Shown: piece after piece, positions 50,386 through 60,138 of the stretch
How positions within the stretch are numbered: the stretch's first letter is position 1
Layout of the letters: every line of letters begins with the position of its first letter
Source: an uncultured Chlamydiae bacterium
GTDB lineage: Bacteria; Chlamydiota; Chlamydiia; Chlamydiales; Parachlamydiaceae
Length of the DNA: 64,000 nucleotides
Direction: 5' to 3'
NCBI GenBank assembly: GCA_963830365.1
Contig: CAWHMU010000042.1
Span: 64,001 to 128,000 of the forward strand
Made by a program: the position numbers and the translations under genes
The notes under the pieces: model-generated
The model's database searches: none
What the model was told of the DNA's origin: nothing
Seen by the model: the letters and a program-made list of their open reading frames with translations, nothing else

Positions 50386-50880
50386 GAGCAAATTCGTCAA
50401 TTTTGGTCTAAACAGACGGTGAAAGAGGGGGCTAGATTTCTTGCTTGGTGGATAATGGATACTATGGAGTCAGGGATACATGAGCTGGAGAAGGCAGGAA
50501 AAACCCTGCTTAGGCATTGGCAAGGATTGGTAAACTATTTTAAACATCCCATCACCAATGCAAAGACTGAGGGGATCAATAACAAGATTAAAACAATGAA
50601 GCGCCAAGCTTACGGATTTCGAGATATGGAGTATTTTAAATTACGTCTCTATAGTTTACACAAAGTTAGGTACTCATTTGCACGATGAGCCATACTATTG
50701 GGCATGTTATTTAGGCGTTGTAATCGCGGGAATGCCATCATCTTTGCTGGAGTTTAGCACATATCCGGTTAAACATAAAGAATATGCGATAAGAATTAAC
50801 AGACTAAAGACGATAGTGTTTGGTTTTTCTCACAATATGTGATATAAATCTAACTATTGTAGGATGATTCTGGAGGAAGT

Positions 50881-51090
50881 ATGCATGAGGAACACTTCGA
50901 AACCCGGATTAAGGAGTTTCGGGCCAGGCATGGATGGACACAGGAAGATCTGGCGCGTAAGGTGGGTGTGAGCAGGGAGACGATTATATATCTGGAAAAG
51001 GGGAAGTATAATCCTTCACTAAAATTGGCATATAACGTAGCTCAAGCCTTGGGCACCACGCTTGCAGAGCTTTTTATTTTTCATAAGTAA
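50881..51090 (+). CDS. XRE-family helix-turn-helix regulator
   Basis: [32 protein letters not shown]. Confidence 0.92.
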   Translation: MHEEHFETRIKEFRARHGWTQEDLARKVGVSRETIIYLEKGKYNPSLKLAYNVAQALGTTLAELFIFHK

Positions 51091-51100
51091 GGGAGGCATT

Positions 51101-51535
51101 ATGTTTGGAAATCCAAAATGGTTTAAGCGCAGAAAATACTCAGGCTGGGGACTTACGCCTGCATCATGGCAAGGGTGGGTGTATACGCTTGGCATTGTTG
51201 GTCTTTTGATTTCGATGATGTTTATAGCGCAAAGGTTTGATTTATCTGCTGTAAACGTTTCGGTAATAGTTTTTATCGCCTTAGGCTTGTTATCGGCTGA
51301 GGTCATCCATATCGCCGCCGGCATGCCTAAGGATGAACGCGAAACCACCCACGAGGCACTGGCCGAACGCAACGCATTATGGGTGGTGATGCCGATAGTG
51401 GTCTTCGGCATCCTTTATCAAGCGATGACAAGTCAAAGCACTGGCACGTTGTCTGTCGATCCATTCCTGATTGCGGCTATGATTGGCGGGGTGGTGGCTA
51501 AAGCAATGACGAATCTGTATCTGCAAGACAAATAG
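51101..51535 (+). CDS. Hypothetical membrane protein (DUF2178-like)
   Basis: ggagg RBS; WFKRRKYSGWGLTPASWQGW and KDERE motifs; paired with the XRE regulator. Confidence 0.7.
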   Translation: MFGNPKWFKRRKYSGWGLTPASWQGWVYTLGIVGLLISMMFIAQRFDLSAVNVSVIVFIALGLLSAEVIHIAAGMPKDERETTHEALAERNALWVVMPIVVFGILYQAMTSQSTGTLSVDPFLIAAMIGGVVAKAMTNLYLQDK

Positions 51536-51666
51536 TTAGCATGAAAGGCGCACGGCGTCTTTCATTTGCAAAAAATCACAGCGCAATGTCATAAACATAA
51601 TTTTGGGGTTTGAGGCATCAGGGACGAAGGGACCAAAAGGACCTAAGCGATCTAAGGGACGTTTGA

Positions 51667-52004
51667 ATGCGAAAGAATTTTTTACCCACGCATGGCGGTG
51701 ATGAGCAATTGTTCTCCTATCAGAAGGCGGAGATTGTCTATGATGCGACGGTATATTTTACGAGCAGGTTTTATCGTAAAGGGGATCGTCAATTATCGCG
51801 ATTTTCGCAGAGTGCGAGGGCTCATCGCTTGGACTAAAAATCACATTTATGCCAAGCGTTTGCGCGATCTCAATCGGCAGCAAATCACCGCTTAGGCAAC
51901 TTTTCAAAAGGGCAAGTGCGCAGGCTTGAGCAAGACTTCCTGAAAGAAGGGGGCTAAGAGAGCGTATGACCCGTGCCAGGTTAGAAGTTAGAAATAAATA
52001 TTGA
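51667..52004 (+). pseudogene. Decayed four-helix-bundle suffix-domain protein gene flanked by inverted GGAC 9-mer repeats
   Basis: Segments MRKNFLPTHGGDEQLFSYQKAEIVYDAT..GDR / YRDFRRVRGL..W / RRLEQDFLKEGGLRERMTRARLE, interrupted by a frameshift, stops and internal deletions. Confidence 0.8.
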
Positions 52005-52107
52005 AAGATGAAAGGCACTTTCGTTTGTCCCTTAGGTCTCTTAGGTCCTTTAGGTCCCTTGTCCTTTGTCTTTGTCCCTTATGTCCTTTGAACCCTAGGT
52101 ATATAGC

Positions 52108-53145
52108 ATGCATATCGATAAGTCCGATTTATTGTTGGCGGCGGCCGAGGCGGGGATTTCCCAAAGGCAGGCTGACGAGCTTTGGACAGCCTTGGCGGCC
52201 AAAGCCAAGCCAGGCACCAAGTTTGACATTTCGCAGGTGCTGTATTATATCGGCGCTATGATGGTGATGGTGGCGATGGGATGGTTTTTAGGGCTGGGTT
52301 GGGAGCATTTTGGCGACAAGGGGATTTTCGTCATCGCGTTGGCATATATGGCCTTGTTTGTCGTGGCCGGCCATGCCTTATGGCGCAAAGATGATCTTAA
52401 AGTGCCTGGCGGCTTGTTTATTACGGTTGCGGTGGTTTTGATTCCATTGGCCATCTATGCTTTCCAGCGAATGACCGGCTGGTGGGTGTTTGACAATCCC
52501 GGTCAATACCACGATTACTACACATGGGTGAGGGGGGGCTGGTTTTTGATGGAAGTGGGCACCTTGATAGGCGGGTGTGTGGCTGTGTCATTTTATCGCT
52601 TTCCATTTTTGACAGCGCCGCTCTTTTTCACGCTGTGGTTCATGTCGATGGATATCACGCCGTTACTTTTCAAAGGTTCGGCTGATCTGTGGACGGACCG
52701 CTTATGGGTATCGATAGTCTTTGGTCTGGCCATGCTGGTGATGGCCTATCTGATCGATCGCAAGACGCAGGCGGATTTTGCTTTTTGGGGGTATTTCTTT
52801 GGCACGCTGGCCTTTTGGTTTGGCATTTCCTTGTTCGAAACTAAGTCTGAGTTTTGGAATTTCCTCTATTGTCTTATCAATATCGTCTTAGTACTTATGT
52901 CGGTGTTTTTTGATAGGAAGGTGTTTTTGATTTTCGGTGCTTTTGGGATTCTCACCTATATATCGTCGTTATTTTACCGCCATTTTGCCGATTCAGTGTT
53001 GTTCCCGTTTATCTTAAGCCTGATCGGCGTGGCGGTGGTGTTTGTGGGGGTGTGGTATCACAGGCATCATCAAAAGATTGAGCAAGCACTATTGGATTTA
53101 GTGCCCCAGGGGCTTAGGGAATGGCTGCCAAGGTCCAGGCACTGA
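52108..53145 (+). CDS. DUF2157-like multi-pass membrane protein
   Basis: GISQRQADELW, YYIGAMMVMVAMGWF; about 10 hydrophobic segments. Confidence 0.7.
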   Translation: MHIDKSDLLLAAAEAGISQRQADELWTALAAKAKPGTKFDISQVLYYIGAMMVMVAMGWFLGLGWEHFGDKGIFVIALAYMALFVVAGHALWRKDDLKVPGGLFITVAVVLIPLAIYAFQRMTGWWVFDNPGQYHDYYTWVRGGWFLMEVGTLIGGCVAVSFYRFPFLTAPLFFTLWFMSMDITPLLFKGSADLWTDRLWVSIVFGLAMLVMAYLIDRKTQADFAFWGYFFGTLAFWFGISLFETKSEFWNFLYCLINIVLVLMSVFFDRKVFLIFGAFGILTYISSLFYRHFADSVLFPFILSLIGVAVVFVGVWYHRHHQKIEQALLDLVPQGLREWLPRSRH

Positions 53146-53304
53146 AAATCTGAGAAGTGCAATTTTAGGGGTCTGCCGTAGAGTCACAGCCCCAATTGCA
53201 GATGAATGACGATATCTATTGCACAAAAATCACGCCCTATGTGATAATCCACACTTGTAATAAAATAAATCTGCCACACTTGATAAATCCGTAGAGGAGA
53301 ACAA

Positions 53305-53922
53305 ATGGCTCGTTATACTGGCAATAAAAACCGCGTTGCACGTCGCTTTGGTACCAATATCTTCGGTCGCGCTCGCAATCCGCTGCTCCACAAACCAAAT
53401 CCACCTGGTGTGCATGGGGCGCGTCGTCGCAAGAAATCAGACTACGGTCTGCAGCTTGAAGAAAAGCAGAAACTCAAAGCCATTTATGGCATGTTGAGTG
53501 AAAAGCAGTTGGTAAACTACTACAAAAAAGCGTTGTGCCGACCAGGTATCACCGCTCAGCACTTTGCTGAAATGCTAGAATGCCGCCTCGATAATATTGT
53601 GTACCGCTTGAAGTTTGCGTCCACAATTTTCGGCGCGCACCAGCTCGTTTCACATGGACATATCCTTGTTAACGGAAAGAAAGTCGACCGCCGCTCATTC
53701 CAAGTTGAGCCAGGTATGGTTATTTCCATTAAAGAGAAATCCCGCGCTGTAAAAGCCATTGTCGAAGCTCTCAATGGCTCACGTTCCGTGCCCGAATATC
53801 TCTCGCATGATCCTGCGCATTTCTCAGGACAATTGCTGGCGATGCCGCTGACGGATCAGTTGCCATGGCCGATTGAAATCAATCTGCCTGAAATCTGCGA
53901 CTTCCTGGCCCACACGACCTAA
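53305..53922 (+). CDS. rpsD: 30S ribosomal protein S4
   Basis: [47 protein letters not shown]. Confidence 0.98.
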   Translation: MARYTGNKNRVARRFGTNIFGRARNPLLHKPNPPGVHGARRRKKSDYGLQLEEKQKLKAIYGMLSEKQLVNYYKKALCRPGITAQHFAEMLECRLDNIVYRLKFASTIFGAHQLVSHGHILVNGKKVDRRSFQVEPGMVISIKEKSRAVKAIVEALNGSRSVPEYLSHDPAHFSGQLLAMPLTDQLPWPIEINLPEICDFLAHTT

Positions 53923-53942
53923 TCGTTGCTGTCAATTTTTCT

Positions 53943-53971
53943 GGCAAGGGGCCTCGCCCCTTGCCTATTTT
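53943..53971 (+). terminator. rpsD intrinsic terminator
   Basis: ggcaaggggc-ctc-gccccttgcc followed by tatttt. Confidence 0.8.
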
Positions 53972-54106
53972 CCAACAAATTCATTTCTTCAAATCAAGTT
54001 CCGGGACTAACGTCCGTTTTCTCCACTGTTTTCCAATTTTAAAGCTAAAAAGTGCATCCACCGATGGCAAGGGCTGACACTGTTTTTGTAAGCGTTGAGT
54101 ATTTAC

Positions 54107-54417
54107 GGTTCATCCTACAAATGGTATCTGTTCACGGGAGCAAACCATACATCAGGCCTTCAGCCTGAGATATTTGGGTGTTTTACCTAGGGCGTTGCCC
54201 TAGGCTATTATATGTCAGGGCGTTGCCCTAGGCTATTATATGTCAGGGCGTTGCCCTGAGAACAATGTTCAGGCTGAAAGCTTGATTTATAAAAGCCTAG
54301 GGCTTCGCCCTAGGTGAAATATATAAACCACTCAGGTTGATAGCCTGATATATGGTTTATGATCCCATGAACATGTACTACAAAATGGGTGTCAACCGCT
54401 CATTTGTGGGATGAACT
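54107..54417. mobile_element. ISL3-like MITE carrying AGGGCGTTGCCCT REP-like palindromes
   Basis: Ends ggttcatcctacaaatg / ctcatttgtgggatgaact; flanks gtatttac / gtatttat; three internal agggcgttgccct plus cctagggcttcgccctagg. Confidence 0.8.
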
Positions 54418-54512
54418 GTATTTATCAGGTCGTCTTTATAAAATCTTTATAATCATAGTTTATAATCGTTATGGATTGAATTATTAATAATGATAAACTA
54501 AAGGATTTTCCA

Positions 54513-55523
54513 ATGAATGGATTACCATGTACCTCTTTAAGTCCGGTGGACTATAATGCCGGCTGGCTGGATATGGCTGCGGCTGTCACCCCCCATGTGG
54601 TAGCCGTTTTGCCGGCGCTAATTTCTGATGTGATGCGTGTTAGCGCACTCGGACTGTGTTTGCGGAATATTTTCTCACCATCAAGCTGCTTAAAAGCAGT
54701 AGCCCTCTCAGAAATTGGGGCTAGTCTGCAGAACTTTGTATGGTCGCTGATAAGTCCTCCGCCTTGTCCCAATAAATCCTTAATCCCTGTGGAAGAAATG
54801 GTTGAAAAACGCCTGGAGAAGGTATGGGACAAGGTTTATTTAAAGTCGAGCCTGGCTCAACAGCCACAGGCGATATATAGCAGCAATTCATTTGGTCAAA
54901 TGACCACTTCAGAGAAGCCAATAACAGAACATGAGTCAATGTTCGAATTGGATAAAACAATGCTCACAAAGCAATATCACCAGCTGCAAAACGAGTACAA
55001 CAAGCTTTTTAGCGAGCTGAATGCTGAACAGCAAGAATTTGTTCAAAGTGCTATAGCGGGATCCGAAAATTTGGAGTGCTATAACAGCAGGGCATGTCAG
55101 CTTTCTGAAAAGCTGTCTAGCATTGCCAATCTGCCTTCAGAGATAGCTACCAAGCTCACAAAGTTGTCGATATTCACTTCTGTATCACGTCGTTCAAGCA
55201 CAGTTGTCATGGCCGCCATGGCAGCGATAGCTGGACTTTTTGCCGCGGGACAAAATGCAGCTGATGCAGGTGATGTATCCCCACTTAGATTGGCCTTGGG
55301 CATTACCGGCGAGCTTTCCCTGGCTATAGTAAATAAGGGCGCAGAAGCCTTGGCTGAGCACTCAGTGAAGGGATTAGCGCTTTTCTCTGCGGTGGATGGC
55401 TTTGCCAAAATAAAGGCCTCGATTGAATCGACACAAGAGCAAGAGTTAGAAGCTAATATTGTAGATGCTATTGTGCTAGGTAAGGTTAGTAACAAGTTTG
55501 CTATGATCCGAGCAATGTTATAA
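54513..55523 (+). CDS. Hypothetical protein (coiled-coil plus hydrophobic segment; effector candidate)
   Basis: 336-aa ORF with an AT-rich upstream region; no recognisable family. Confidence 0.6.
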   Translation: MNGLPCTSLSPVDYNAGWLDMAAAVTPHVVAVLPALISDVMRVSALGLCLRNIFSPSSCLKAVALSEIGASLQNFVWSLISPPPCPNKSLIPVEEMVEKRLEKVWDKVYLKSSLAQQPQAIYSSNSFGQMTTSEKPITEHESMFELDKTMLTKQYHQLQNEYNKLFSELNAEQQEFVQSAIAGSENLECYNSRACQLSEKLSSIANLPSEIATKLTKLSIFTSVSRRSSTVVMAAMAAIAGLFAAGQNAADAGDVSPLRLALGITGELSLAIVNKGAEALAEHSVKGLALFSAVDGFAKIKASIESTQEQELEANIVDAIVLGKVSNKFAMIRAML

Positions 55524-55582
55524 GCTGAAATTCATGCTGGGTCATCGACGAATATGGAAACAGCAGACGTAACATTTGCTGG

Positions 55583-57250
55583 TTAAAGTCCGCTGCGTCC
55601 ATATTCGTCCACTCTGTCCGCCCTGTCCGCTTGATCCATGCTAGTCCTTGACCGTCCCTGATCATTCATTTTCGAGAATAAAAAGTGCCAGCCGCCGGCG
55701 GCGGCGAAGATGGCGATGAAGAGCGTGCCGCTTGCGGCCAGATGCAGGATTTGGCTTAAGAAGGGGATTTCGTAGCGCGGGATTTGGCCCTGCAAGACTT
55801 TCACCGCTTTGCACTCTCCCCAAACAAGGTAGTCGGCGGCGATGACGCCACAGGCGGCCAGGAGTGTAGCCATAAGGATTTTGCGGCAGCTAGGCAGCCA
55901 TTTGGCTGTCAGTGTTTTGCCGGCAAAAGGGGCTGTTTTGGTGAGGGCGATCGCTAGCCAGGTATAATTGAACCAGGCGCTGACACTGGTGGCGACAGCT
56001 ACGCTGGCAGATCCCAGTCCTAAGGCTGCGATCATCAGCGTGTTTAAGGCCACGTTCATCAGCATGGAGGCAGCAGCGGCCGTCGATGGCGTGCGGTAGT
56101 CGCCTCTTGCATAAAACGCCGGTGCCAAGATCAGCACAAGCGCCATGGGGATGAGACCGACGGTGTATCCCCATAGGCATTGGGTGGTGCCCACCACGGA
56201 GGTGTTGGGAAAATGTCCGTGTCCATAAATCAGCGCGATGCAGCCGTCACCCATGATGAATAACAGCATAGTCACAGGGATCATGAAAGCCAGCGTGCGC
56301 ATGATGGCGAAATCCAGGAATTGACCGAATTGGGAGAGGTTGTTGCTCTTGATGGCGCGCGAAAGAGGGGGCAGCAGGGCGCCGGCGATGGCTACGCCGA
56401 AAAGGGCTAGCGGCAGCTGCTGCAGGCGGATGGCATACCACAACAGGGCAGGGCCCTCGGCATCGGCCCAGCGCGCAAAGACGGCATCGAGGGCGTTGTT
56501 GATCTGGGAGGCGGCGATGCCAAGGATGCCGAGCGACAGGGGTTTAGCCAGGCGCAGGACGTCTGCCGAAAACCATTTCGTGCCATTCCATAGATGTGTG
56601 AGACCATAACCTTTCAATAGGGTATAGCTTTTTGGAAGCGTGATGGCCCATTGGGCAAAGCAGGCGGCGATGATAAAAAGTGCCAATGTCGTCATGGCGC
56701 TTTCCGCCGGCAGAAAATAGGTGCAGGCCACGCCTGCGATCCAGCAGAGGTTGAAGACCACTGGAGCTGCGCTTGGCACAAAATAGCTTTTTTCGCACTG
56801 CAAGAGCGAGGCGTTGATGCCGAAGAGGCAGATGAAGAGCAAGCTCGGCATCATCAGCAAGGTGAGCCAGGCGATATCGGCATTGCCGGCATTAAGGACG
56901 TCGAAGGCCAGCAGGCCGCCGATGGCACCCATGATAGCCAGGATGAGCAGGAAGAGCAGGCCAGTCAGGCTGAAGGCTAAGTCGCAGAAGAATCTGCCGG
57001 CGCGCTTTGGATCCTGCGCGCGCAGCTCTTCAAAATGGGGGATTAAGGCCGTCTGCATGGCGCCTTCGCCCAAGAGGCGGCGCAGCAGATGGGCAAAGCG
57101 GAAGGCTACCAGCAGGGCGGCGACAGCGCTTTGCGTGCCGAAGGCATACGCCATAGCCATATCGCGCGCAAGGCCGCTGATACGGCTGAGCATGGTGCCG
57201 GAGAAAAATCGCGCCGCCGAGCGCCAGATGGTATGGGTGGTGTCGGACAT
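55583..57250 (-). CDS. murJ: Lipid II flippase MurJ (MviN)
   Basis: GTMLSRISGLARD, RRLLGEGAM, RLQQLPLALFG, AFYARGDYRTP. Confidence 0.95.
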   Translation of the reverse strand: MSDTTHTIWRSAARFFSGTMLSRISGLARDMAMAYAFGTQSAVAALLVAFRFAHLLRRLLGEGAMQTALIPHFEELRAQDPKRAGRFFCDLAFSLTGLLFLLILAIMGAIGGLLAFDVLNAGNADIAWLTLLMMPSLLFICLFGINASLLQCEKSYFVPSAAPVVFNLCWIAGVACTYFLPAESAMTTLALFIIAACFAQWAITLPKSYTLLKGYGLTHLWNGTKWFSADVLRLAKPLSLGILGIAASQINNALDAVFARWADAEGPALLWYAIRLQQLPLALFGVAIAGALLPPLSRAIKSNNLSQFGQFLDFAIMRTLAFMIPVTMLLFIMGDGCIALIYGHGHFPNTSVVGTTQCLWGYTVGLIPMALVLILAPAFYARGDYRTPSTAAAASMLMNVALNTLMIAALGLGSASVAVATSVSAWFNYTWLAIALTKTAPFAGKTLTAKWLPSCRKILMATLLAACGVIAADYLVWGECKAVKVLQGQIPRYEIPFLSQILHLAASGTLFIAIFAAAGGWHFLFSKMNDQGRSRTSMDQADRADRVDEYGRSGL

Positions 57251-57288
57251 GGAAAGCTTGCTATTAAAGGTTTATTGTAAGTGCCTGA

Positions 57289-57416
57289 ATGGACGAAGCG
57301 GACGAGGCGGACAGCAGCCAATGGACGAAGCGGACATTAGCAACGGAATCGTGCCGTTACCAAAGCGTTCAAAACGTCCGCTTCGTCCATTAGCTGCTGT
57401 CCGCTTCGTCCATTCG
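57289..57416. repeat. GGAC 9-mer family palindrome
   Basis: atggacgaagcggac...gtccgcttcgtccat, present twice and nested. Confidence 0.85.
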
Positions 57417-57497
57417 GACATGAATTTACCTTATTATGCTTCGGATATCAAATGAAATCGGGCATGGGCACACACACTGGCACGGGAAGGAAGTTGT

Positions 57498-59618
57498 CTA
57501 AGCGTCCTCGACGATGACAAAACCCTCAGGATGCATGGGAGCAAGCTTGCCGATAGCCAGTTTGCCTTCAAAATAGTCGCGGTAGACTTTGATGCCCTGT
57601 TCAGCATTGCGCACGCAATAAAAGCAGTTGCTGATCCACTCGGAGCCTTTGATGGTGCCGTTAGCGAGGTTGCATTTGAAGCGGCTGGTGATTTTGCTGC
57701 GCCAGTATTCCGGCTCGCCAAACATCAGGATGGGATGCGATGGCACGGCTCCCACCTTGCGGCGCACCTCTTCCAGGCAATATTCAAAGTCGGTGCCGAT
57801 ACCGCCGGTAAGTAATATTGGAAAATCCAAATTGAACTCCGCCTGCCGCTCCACCAGTTTGTCCAGGCGATAAGTCATTTTGGCCTGGATGAAGGGGTTT
57901 TGCTTTTGCTCATTGACGACGGAGATATCTTTTTGACGGAAGTCAACGATATTGGCGCATGATAAAATGTTAAGCTCTTTAGCCACGCGGTTGCCAACTT
58001 CCATGGCTCCCGGTCCGCCGCCTGTAACCAGGGCAAGGGGGGTGCCGGCATGCAGCAAGGGGTGGTTCACTTCGGACCGCATATCGATGACGCCTTGCAG
58101 CAGGCGGCGCAGTTCATCTTCAAAATTCCCTTCCAGCAGATTGGAGCCATAGATGCCGAATACCGTCGATTTAAGAAAGGCCTCGACGTGTTGCTGTGGT
58201 ACGAACATACCCGAATCTTGGTCCGGTTTTTGCGTATAGTGCAGGATGTTGCCGGTGGCTTCATCGACCCAGTATACGGGAATACCGAAATTTTCAAGAT
58301 CATGCAGCAGGGCGCGATCTTCGGCGGAGAAGAAGCTTTGATGTGATTGCGAAGGATACTGGAAATAGATCCCCTTCAGGCAGCGTTGCACCTGGTCGCT
58401 CAGCAGCATGCGCTTCATCAAAGGGGAGGGGAAATAGCGCGTCAGCAGGATTCCCTGGCTGGTGATCCAGCCGGCATCGATGCTTTTTAGGAATGGGTAG
58501 GATGGTTGCTGCTCGATGTAGCGTTCGACCATCAGCGCCTGGCGCGTGCTGTGGGCGCTGCCGGGGAATTCGTGCTGGCGCGTTTCGCGGCAGATCCAAT
58601 CATCAGGCTTAAGGTTGAGCATCTGCTCGCCTTTGACAATGAAGACCGCGGCGCGATGTTCCATGGGTTGGGGGGCGGTGGCGAAGGCTTTAAACAGCGA
58701 GGTGTTATCTTCGAGGCATTCTTGCAATTGGTCGCGGTCGGAGAAGAAGACATACTCGCGGTAAGGTTCCAGCGTGTAAAATTCCAACGGGATATCGGTC
58801 AGCTCGCGTTTGCTGTGTCCGTAAAGTTCATAAATGTCACCGGAAGCTGAGGTGTCGGGCTGCAGGATGGCGGCTGAGGTGTGGTGGAAGCCGGGAGACA
58901 GCAGTTCGCTGACGACGCGGCCAAAGACCGTGCGGATATGCAGCGGCAGAGTGCGCACGAGCAGGATATCATCTTCTTCGACATTGCGGGGGGCAAAAGG
59001 TTTCCACTCCTGATGCAAGCCCACCAGTTCGCGCGTGTGCATATTGGCCCGCAAAGCTTTGCCAAGCGTTGGCAGAAAGCCGTAGAGCGATTGTTCATAA
59101 GCAACTTTTCCATTCTGCAGTGTCAGATAGGCAATGGTGCGCCCGTCGACCTTATCGAGGATGAGATCGTTGCTGCCTTGCAAGCCGCCGAGAGAAAGCA
59201 GGGGGCTGCCGAAGCGGTCGGAACGGCCGAACATGCGGCTAAGGTAATCGGGATCGCGCACGCGCCGCCGTTCATCGGCAGCAAATAGTTTGCCGATGAA
59301 AGTGCCCAAGTGCAGGTGTTGCAGCAGTTCTGCCGCAAAGGGTCCTAGAGCTTTTAAGAGGACCTTTACTTGCGCGCTGTGGCTTTTTTCGTTTAGTTCG
59401 AACGCCAGTCCGATGCCATCCAAACCAACTTGTGCCAAAGTGCTCTTGATGTTGAAAAGTACGTGCTCTTTGGGGATGCGGAAGCCGACAAAGGCCGGGG
59501 AGATTTTTTCGATGAAGACGACAGCTTCCGCTGTTTTGGCATCAATGTGCGTGATGTTGGTAATGGCCCCATCGGGGGTGACCAAATCGTAGGGTTTGAG
59601 ATCTAGATAGCTTTCCAT
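57498..59618 (-). CDS. Conserved chlamydial protein with C-terminal LOG/SLOG domain (CT387-like)
   Basis: TGGGPGAME and GGIGTDFE motifs; divergent from MYG1-HIT, as in chlamydial synteny. Confidence 0.8.
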   Translation of the reverse strand: MESYLDLKPYDLVTPDGAITNITHIDAKTAEAVVFIEKISPAFVGFRIPKEHVLFNIKSTLAQVGLDGIGLAFELNEKSHSAQVKVLLKALGPFAAELLQHLHLGTFIGKLFAADERRRVRDPDYLSRMFGRSDRFGSPLLSLGGLQGSNDLILDKVDGRTIAYLTLQNGKVAYEQSLYGFLPTLGKALRANMHTRELVGLHQEWKPFAPRNVEEDDILLVRTLPLHIRTVFGRVVSELLSPGFHHTSAAILQPDTSASGDIYELYGHSKRELTDIPLEFYTLEPYREYVFFSDRDQLQECLEDNTSLFKAFATAPQPMEHRAAVFIVKGEQMLNLKPDDWICRETRQHEFPGSAHSTRQALMVERYIEQQPSYPFLKSIDAGWITSQGILLTRYFPSPLMKRMLLSDQVQRCLKGIYFQYPSQSHQSFFSAEDRALLHDLENFGIPVYWVDEATGNILHYTQKPDQDSGMFVPQQHVEAFLKSTVFGIYGSNLLEGNFEDELRRLLQGVIDMRSEVNHPLLHAGTPLALVTGGGPGAMEVGNRVAKELNILSCANIVDFRQKDISVVNEQKQNPFIQAKMTYRLDKLVERQAEFNLDFPILLTGGIGTDFEYCLEEVRRKVGAVPSHPILMFGEPEYWRSKITSRFKCNLANGTIKGSEWISNCFYCVRNAEQGIKVYRDYFEGKLAIGKLAPMHPEGFVIVEDA

Positions 59619-60138
59619 ACTGTAGTCCGATCAAAAAATGTGATCATGCAAGGTAGCAGACTTTTGGGCAAGAGGGTTTTTTTAGGCACTGAAGTATGCC
59701 TTATGTACGCCAAATATTGGTAAGTAGTTGAAGTTAAGGCCGTGGGTTTTGTGGGTTATCTGTTGATAACAAAAAACAAGTGGCGATTATTTATGGCGTT
59801 TGCCGCCGGTGTGTATGTGGGAAATGAAATCTAGGGGAAATGATAATTTTTATTAAGCATTGATAATAAAGTATTTGCAATATACCGGGGTTTGTCTGTT
59901 AGATCTTATGGGGCAGATAGGGTTCGCAGCTTTCCCTCACAGTGACTGGTGAACGGTTGTTCATAACTCAACTGTTCGATAGTCCTTTTACTTAATAATT
60001 CCATCTGCCATAATCGATTTTTTGATAGAGAAGTTTCTGGCAAAAGGCGTTGCTAGAGCAAAGCAAGCTTGGTTGATCATCGATAAATGTAACGACACCA
60101 ATGAACGTCCTATGAATGATATCTGTATGAGGAGCGCA

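Larger units (their letters stand above)
48030..50691 (+). mobile_element. ISL3-family IS (outer copy), interrupted by an identical copy
   Basis: TIRs ggctcatcgcgcaaatgagtacc / ggtactcatttgcacgatgagcc; TSD atactatt (48022-48029, 50692-50699); length 2662 = 2x1327 + 8. Confidence 0.97.

Noticed and set aside
50419..50688. Independent 89-aa transposase gene
   Set aside because: It is the 3' remainder of the interrupted outer ISL3 transposase.
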